64,000 nt of DNA, from contig JAHLWR010000014.1 in NCBI GenBank assembly GCA_019057815.1, forward strand, positions 32,001 through 96,000. Direction: 5' to 3'. Positions 59,398-64,000 of this stretch are shown here, in pieces. Both the position numbers and the translations under genes were made by a program. This DNA is from Candidatus Heimdallarchaeota archaeon. Its GTDB lineage: Archaea; Asgardarchaeota; Heimdallarchaeia; Heimdallarchaeales; Heimdallarchaeaceae. The notes beneath the pieces were generated by a model, which searched no databases, was not told where the DNA came from, and was given only the letters and a program-made list of their open reading frames with translations. Position 1 is the stretch's first letter; each line of letters begins with the position of its first letter.

Positions 59398-60294
59398 TTA
59401 ACAATCAAATGTTAATGTTTCTCCGATTTTAAAGGGTCGAACTATTTCTTTCCCAAAGTAGTTTGTCATGTATTCTATTGCTTTCTTACCTGTACAATGA
59501 CTGAAATAGAGTAATGGTTTATTATATTCTTCCTCAAGCTTCTTAGCAACATATTCCAAATCTTTATCCTCAGTTAATGCAACTAAGTGGGTTCCTCCAA
59601 TAATCGCCTTAATTTCTTGATTTGGAAACAATTCTTTTGCTCTTGCACAGATATTGAGAACTCCTGAGTGACCACACCCCAATATAACAACAAGTCCTTC
59701 TTTTGTCTTTAGAATGAGTGAGAGATCATCAAGAAGGTCATCCTTAACATATCTTCTTCCCTCTTTTCTCTTGAGTATATCAATTGTACAAGCTTTTTCC
59801 TTCCTTTCAGCAATTTCTCCTGTTGTTTTTAAGTAAGGAGTGATTTCAAAAGGTTTAGTTGTGGGTTCAAAGACCAGTCTACTTCTTTTAGATTTAGGAA
59901 GCATGGGAAAACCAAAATTATACATTCTATGTTTAAGAAGAGCTAAAAATGTGAGGGGAAATTTTACTTTCCTTCTTTGAAATGCATGAGGGTGAGCTAT
60001 AATTCTTAATGTTTCGACCTCTTTTCTAGCATCTAATAGTGCCTCTATACCAAAAGTATGATCCCAATGACCATGACTTAAAATAAGGAATTCTAAGGTG
60101 TTGGGGTCAATATTTAGAAGATTCATATGATGTATGAGAATAGTGCCACTATCCCCTGAATCAAATAGAATTCTTCTTCCTTCAAATTCTATTACATAGG
60201 CTAATCCATCAGACGGAGTAAAATCTGAATCTTCCTCTGCTTCTTTATCAACTACATTAATCAACTGAACTTGCATTTTTGACTTCTGATTCAT
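59398..60294 (-). CDS. MBL-fold hydrolase (COG1237 / MJ0301-like)
   Basis: ILFDSG, SHGHWDHTFG, LGCGHSG, IGGTHL, SHCTG. Confidence 0.85.
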   Translation of the reverse strand: MNQKSKMQVQLINVVDKEAEEDSDFTPSDGLAYVIEFEGRRILFDSGDSGTILIHHMNLLNIDPNTLEFLILSHGHWDHTFGIEALLDARKEVETLRIIAHPHAFQRRKVKFPLTFLALLKHRMYNFGFPMLPKSKRSRLVFEPTTKPFEITPYLKTTGEIAERKEKACTIDILKRKEGRRYVKDDLLDDLSLILKTKEGLVVILGCGHSGVLNICARAKELFPNQEIKAIIGGTHLVALTEDKDLEYVAKKLEEEYNKPLLYFSHCTGKKAIEYMTNYFGKEIVRPFKIGETLTFDC

Positions 60295-60447
60295 GTATGT
60301 AACCTATTCCACGATGAAGATAAGTTCGATAAGCTTATGTAATAAGTTTGCTATAAAGTAGTTATGTTCATATGACATCAACTCACAATAGGGTCTTTTG
60401 GTGGTCTTCTTGTGCGTTTTTTGAATTTCCAATAAAAGAAAGGTCTC

Positions 60448-61347
60448 TTATATAAATCGTAGATTTTCTAATATAGCTTTAACTTTCATTTTTTCCAATA
60501 CATACGTTTCAACTGCAGGTGTACAACCGCAATTCTCACAAACATATTCATCATAAATTCCTTCTCTGCAACAACAAATACTTTTTTTCCCACGTGTATA
60601 AGTTATACTTGACCAAATAGGTCTTTTCCAATTATTCAATTTGAGTGCTTTAAGTCCAGACCAAGTATTTAAAATCTTTGAAGGATTTTCTTTCTTAATT
60701 TTCCTTATTCTCGCTATAAGTTCTTCTTTTTCACGGGAATTCAAAAGTAGACTTTTATCTGAACCTATATAAGGAGTAAAGAAGTGGAACAAGATTCCAT
60801 TTATCTGTTTAATCTTAAGCAAAGAATCAGTAGCGGAATCAATATTTCTATAATTTAATTTACTTATGACAAAGTTAATATAAATTCCTGGATGATCACT
60901 TTGAATAATATTTTTAATTACACGCTCATAGATCCCTTCCCCTCGTATCATGTTGTGTTCTCTTGGAAGACCATCAATGCTGACCCATAAATAATCAGCA
61001 TTTGATTCGAGTTTAAATGTTCCATTCGTACAAACCAAAATTCTGAAATAACCTAGTTTTTGTGCATATTCTACCAAGTCTTCAAGAGTTTTATTAGCAT
61101 CAGACCACAAGTAAGGTTCTCCACCTGTTATTATTAGTATTCTGTTACCTAAATTATAGAGTGAAGCTAAATCTCTTTTTGCTTCCTCAAAGCTCATGTC
61201 TTGGTTACCTAAATTTCCTACTGTACAATGTTTACAACTTAAATTACATTTATCAGTGGGAATAAATGAACCAGTTAATGGAATCCTTTGTTTCAAAATT
61301 TTACACTTAAATATCCATAATAGATAGTAAGTGAGTTTCTTCAACAT
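60448..61347 (-). CDS. Radical SAM protein with Cys-rich C-terminus
   Basis: CNLSCKHC, TGGEP, TNG, SIDG, CCC...CENCGC. Confidence 0.85.
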   Translation of the reverse strand: MLKKLTYYLLWIFKCKILKQRIPLTGSFIPTDKCNLSCKHCTVGNLGNQDMSFEEAKRDLASLYNLGNRILIITGGEPYLWSDANKTLEDLVEYAQKLGYFRILVCTNGTFKLESNADYLWVSIDGLPREHNMIRGEGIYERVIKNIIQSDHPGIYINFVISKLNYRNIDSATDSLLKIKQINGILFHFFTPYIGSDKSLLLNSREKEELIARIRKIKKENPSKILNTWSGLKALKLNNWKRPIWSSITYTRGKKSICCCREGIYDEYVCENCGCTPAVETYVLEKMKVKAILENLRFI

Positions 61348-61354
61348 GCTAAAA

Positions 61355-62644
61355 TCACCTTATAATCTCTAATTCTGATGGCCAAGGATCATCTCTACAA
61401 CTACCCCATACTGTGTTTATTCCTCCAAACGAGAATAAAGTCTGTATTTGATGTACCCAATAAGAACCTCTAGAATTAATTACTATATCATCTCCATCCG
61501 AATAACACATTCCTAAGATTCTAGCTAATGTAATAGGAATCCTGAATCTTTTAGTAAATTTCTCTTCAAATTTCTTTTCGTATTCTTTAGTAGGGATACG
61601 AGTACAATACACTTTCCAATAGGTCCAAAAGACTTTTTGTATATTTACATCAAAAGGTGCTCTAACAGCGATTGGTAAACGATTTTTTAGAGAATCAATA
61701 TAAGCTTCTAAAGAAAATGTGTTTAAGTAAAAGTAAGAACCAATATAAGAACCAGCACCAGGATCAAGACCAATATATCTTTCTCGAGTGACAGAACTAT
61801 ACCTTTGTGCAAGGCTTCTAGTAAACGTCCAAACAGAAGTTCGTAATAGACCAGCATCAAAACAAGTTTGTTCAAGTTTCTTAAATAAACGATATTTCTG
61901 AAACCAGTTTGGTATCTTTATCGAACCTTCTATAACCTTCTTACCTAAATCAGTGAAAGGATAAGCATACAAAGGATAGCTCGATATCTGATCCACACCA
62001 AGTTCAATCACTTTTTCTACATCGTTTTTTAGCATATCTTTAGTCTGACCTGGGAGAGCAAACATCATATCAACATTTATAGTCGTAAAATCTTGATCGA
62101 CAGCTGTGGTAATAGCGCGTATAGCTTCACTAGAATCATGAGATCTACCTATTTTCTTTAACAAGGAATCAGTTAAAGATTCGATTCCGATACTGAGCTT
62201 ATTAACACCAACTTCTCGCAATTTATGAGTCATTTCAGAGGTTACAGTGGAAGGATGAGACTCTGTGCAAATATCTCCAGTTAAATTAAAATTTTCTTTG
62301 ATCAGATTTATCAGATCACAAAGGATATCACAATCAAGAGTTGGTGTTCCACCTCCGATATAGAGAGATGTTATTTCTGTATCCTTAATTATTCGACTAT
62401 AGAATTCTATTTCTTTTCTTACAGCTTCAGCGTATTCCTTCATTTTTTTAGGGTCGTACAGAACCTTATTATAAGGACAATAAGGGCAAATAGTTTTACA
62501 AAAAGGTACATGAAGGTAAAGACCTAAAGGATCAAGTGTTTCTGGGAAGTTGACTTTACCTTTTACTAGATTTAATGTTTTAGAAGATCCGATAATCATT
62601 TTTTTAAAGACTTTTCGTGTAAATGAATTAATCATATTATACAA
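61355..62644 (-). CDS. HemN-like (class C) radical SAM enzyme
   Basis: LYLHVPFCKTICPYC, YIGGGTPT, ESHP, SIGIES, NVDMMFALPGQT, YPL. Confidence 0.85.
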   Translation of the reverse strand: MYNMINSFTRKVFKKMIIGSSKTLNLVKGKVNFPETLDPLGLYLHVPFCKTICPYCPYNKVLYDPKKMKEYAEAVRKEIEFYSRIIKDTEITSLYIGGGTPTLDCDILCDLINLIKENFNLTGDICTESHPSTVTSEMTHKLREVGVNKLSIGIESLTDSLLKKIGRSHDSSEAIRAITTAVDQDFTTINVDMMFALPGQTKDMLKNDVEKVIELGVDQISSYPLYAYPFTDLGKKVIEGSIKIPNWFQKYRLFKKLEQTCFDAGLLRTSVWTFTRSLAQRYSSVTRERYIGLDPGAGSYIGSYFYLNTFSLEAYIDSLKNRLPIAVRAPFDVNIQKVFWTYWKVYCTRIPTKEYEKKFEEKFTKRFRIPITLARILGMCYSDGDDIVINSRGSYWVHQIQTLFSFGGINTVWGSCRDDPWPSELEIIR

Positions 62645-62925
62645 AGCTCTTTTTGTTAAAAATAATTAATAAGGATAACGATTTAAGTATATTTTTCTCT
62701 ATTATAAATAGGAATCTTTGTTCTGTTTTCAACCTTGACTTAGTTTATCAAAACCAAAAAAAATATATGAGACGATTTTTATTAAAACTTGGATATTGAA
62801 GAATGGTACAATCATATTGATATACAGGAAAGATACTGTGGGTTGATCTTTCTACTAAACTAATTCATGAAGAAAAATCCCCCCGAAGAGGTATATCATA
62901 GCTATTTGGGCGGTTTAATTGGAAA

Positions 62926-63624
62926 GTGTGGATAAAAATGAAAGCATTTGATATTCAACCAACTCTACAGATGTATTCTGGAGAGATCAAAGAAATCATT
63001 AAAGTATGCATTGGGATGCTCAAGAAAGAATTCATTATTAGTACAGCTGGAAATGTTTCTGTTCGTGTAAAATTACCTAATGGTCAAGATGCTTTTCTTG
63101 TTACACCAAGTGCAGTGAAATATGAAGAAATGGGTATTGAAGATGCAGTTTTGATTGATGAAGAAGGTAATACTATTGTTGGACAAAGAAAACCTACTTC
63201 TGAAAAAAGATTGCACTTAGCTATTTACAAAGCCCGTGAGGATATCAAGGCCATAGTTCATTCTCATGCGACTTATTCTACAGTATTATCAATTGTTCGA
63301 ATGCCTATCGGACCTGTAGTTGATGAAGTCATTCCTATCATCGGAGGTTGTGAAGTAGCAGAATATGGTAGGGCTGGAACTGATGATTTAGCTAATAATG
63401 CAGTTGAAGCTCTTGGTGAAAATCTAGCGGTCTTCATTGCAAATCATGGAAATGTTTGCTGTGGAAGTTCATTGGAACAAGCTTGGACGGTTTGTCAGCA
63501 AGTTGAAATGGCAGCTAAGATTCAATATCGGGCTTCATTACTAGGGACAATCTATGCTCTACCAGAAGAAGCAGAAGAAGAAGAAAGAGAAATCTTCCAT
63601 AAAATGCGAGATATGAATGAATAG
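62926..63624 (+). CDS. Class II aldolase/adducin family protein (fuculose-phosphate aldolase-like)
   Basis: AGNVSVR, TPS, PTSE..LH, VHSH, NHG. Confidence 0.9.
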   Translation: MWIKMKAFDIQPTLQMYSGEIKEIIKVCIGMLKKEFIISTAGNVSVRVKLPNGQDAFLVTPSAVKYEEMGIEDAVLIDEEGNTIVGQRKPTSEKRLHLAIYKAREDIKAIVHSHATYSTVLSIVRMPIGPVVDEVIPIIGGCEVAEYGRAGTDDLANNAVEALGENLAVFIANHGNVCCGSSLEQAWTVCQQVEMAAKIQYRASLLGTIYALPEEAEEEEREIFHKMRDMNE

Positions 63625-63886
63625 CGATTAGATTTTTGTGATGCCAATCCATTAAAATTGCTATAAAATCATCATATCATACTACTTTTGTTAAAATACA
63701 AATTGACAAGAGCATTTTAGTTATTCTTCTTCTTACTAGTGACTTTGTCACACTCTATCGCGTGCTGCAATTCTTCAGAAAACTTGCTGAAGGGGATGTG
63801 TGAATGTAAAAGGTTTATTGCGAAAGTGATATATCAGTTAAAAATCTTTAATAAGAATAGAAACAACAATAATTCAGTGAAATTGC

Positions 63887-64000
63887 TTGAAATCCTCTTT
63901 AGAACAGGAAATCAATGATATCAAAAATCGATTAGAAGAGATTTTTACTATTTCTAATACTATCCTTCAATTGCTTATACCAGAGGAAGAAGCATTTTCT
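63887..64000 (+). CDS. Partial small protein, possibly an archaeal antitoxin (LEQEINDIKNRLEEI...LIPEEE)
   Basis: TTG start after GTGA; frame open to the window end; coiled-coil and acidic pattern. Confidence 0.4.
   Translation, partial: MKSSLEQEINDIKNRLEEIFTISNTILQLLIPEEEAFS

Noticed and set aside
1-64000. CRISPR array, rRNA or tRNA genes
   Set aside because: No regularly spaced direct repeats and no recognisable cloverleaf or rRNA sequence; the TnpB has no adjacent array, so it is not called Cas12f

Overview
AT-rich, gene-dense archaeal DNA, most likely an Asgard archaeon and plausibly Heimdallarchaeia. That assignment is inferred from GGTGA/GGAGG Shine-Dalgarno sites, TATA boxes, a PAC2 proteasome chaperone, and many eukaryotic-signature proteins: Rab-like and Arf-like small GTPases, five longin/roadblock-like domains, a DENN-like protein and TPR-longin proteins. 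Metabolic genes cover amino-acid catabolism (split FTCD, lysine 6-aminotransferase, D-aminoacylase, threonine dehydrogenase), guaB, an ADP-forming acyl-CoA synthetase, redox enzymes and transporters. Highlights: (1) a ~1.77 kb transposase-less element (12856-14631) encoding a TnpB with the Fanzor-type rearranged RuvC active site, bounded by inverted ends built from tandem 9-bp motifs and a flanking CATG, with a structured omega-RNA region; (2) a structured 5' leader at the window start, with an upstream hairpin RNA carrying a perfect 16-nt antisense match to it; (3) a signalling island joining a bacterial-type two-component system to a Rab-like GTPase and TPR-longin proteins; (4) a reductive dehalogenase fused to an ABCE1/RLI-type Fe-S domain; (5) a D-Ala-D-Ala-ligase-like plus amino-acid racemase pair. 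I recognised no rRNA, tRNA or CRISPR array. All calls come from reading motifs by eye, with no database searches.
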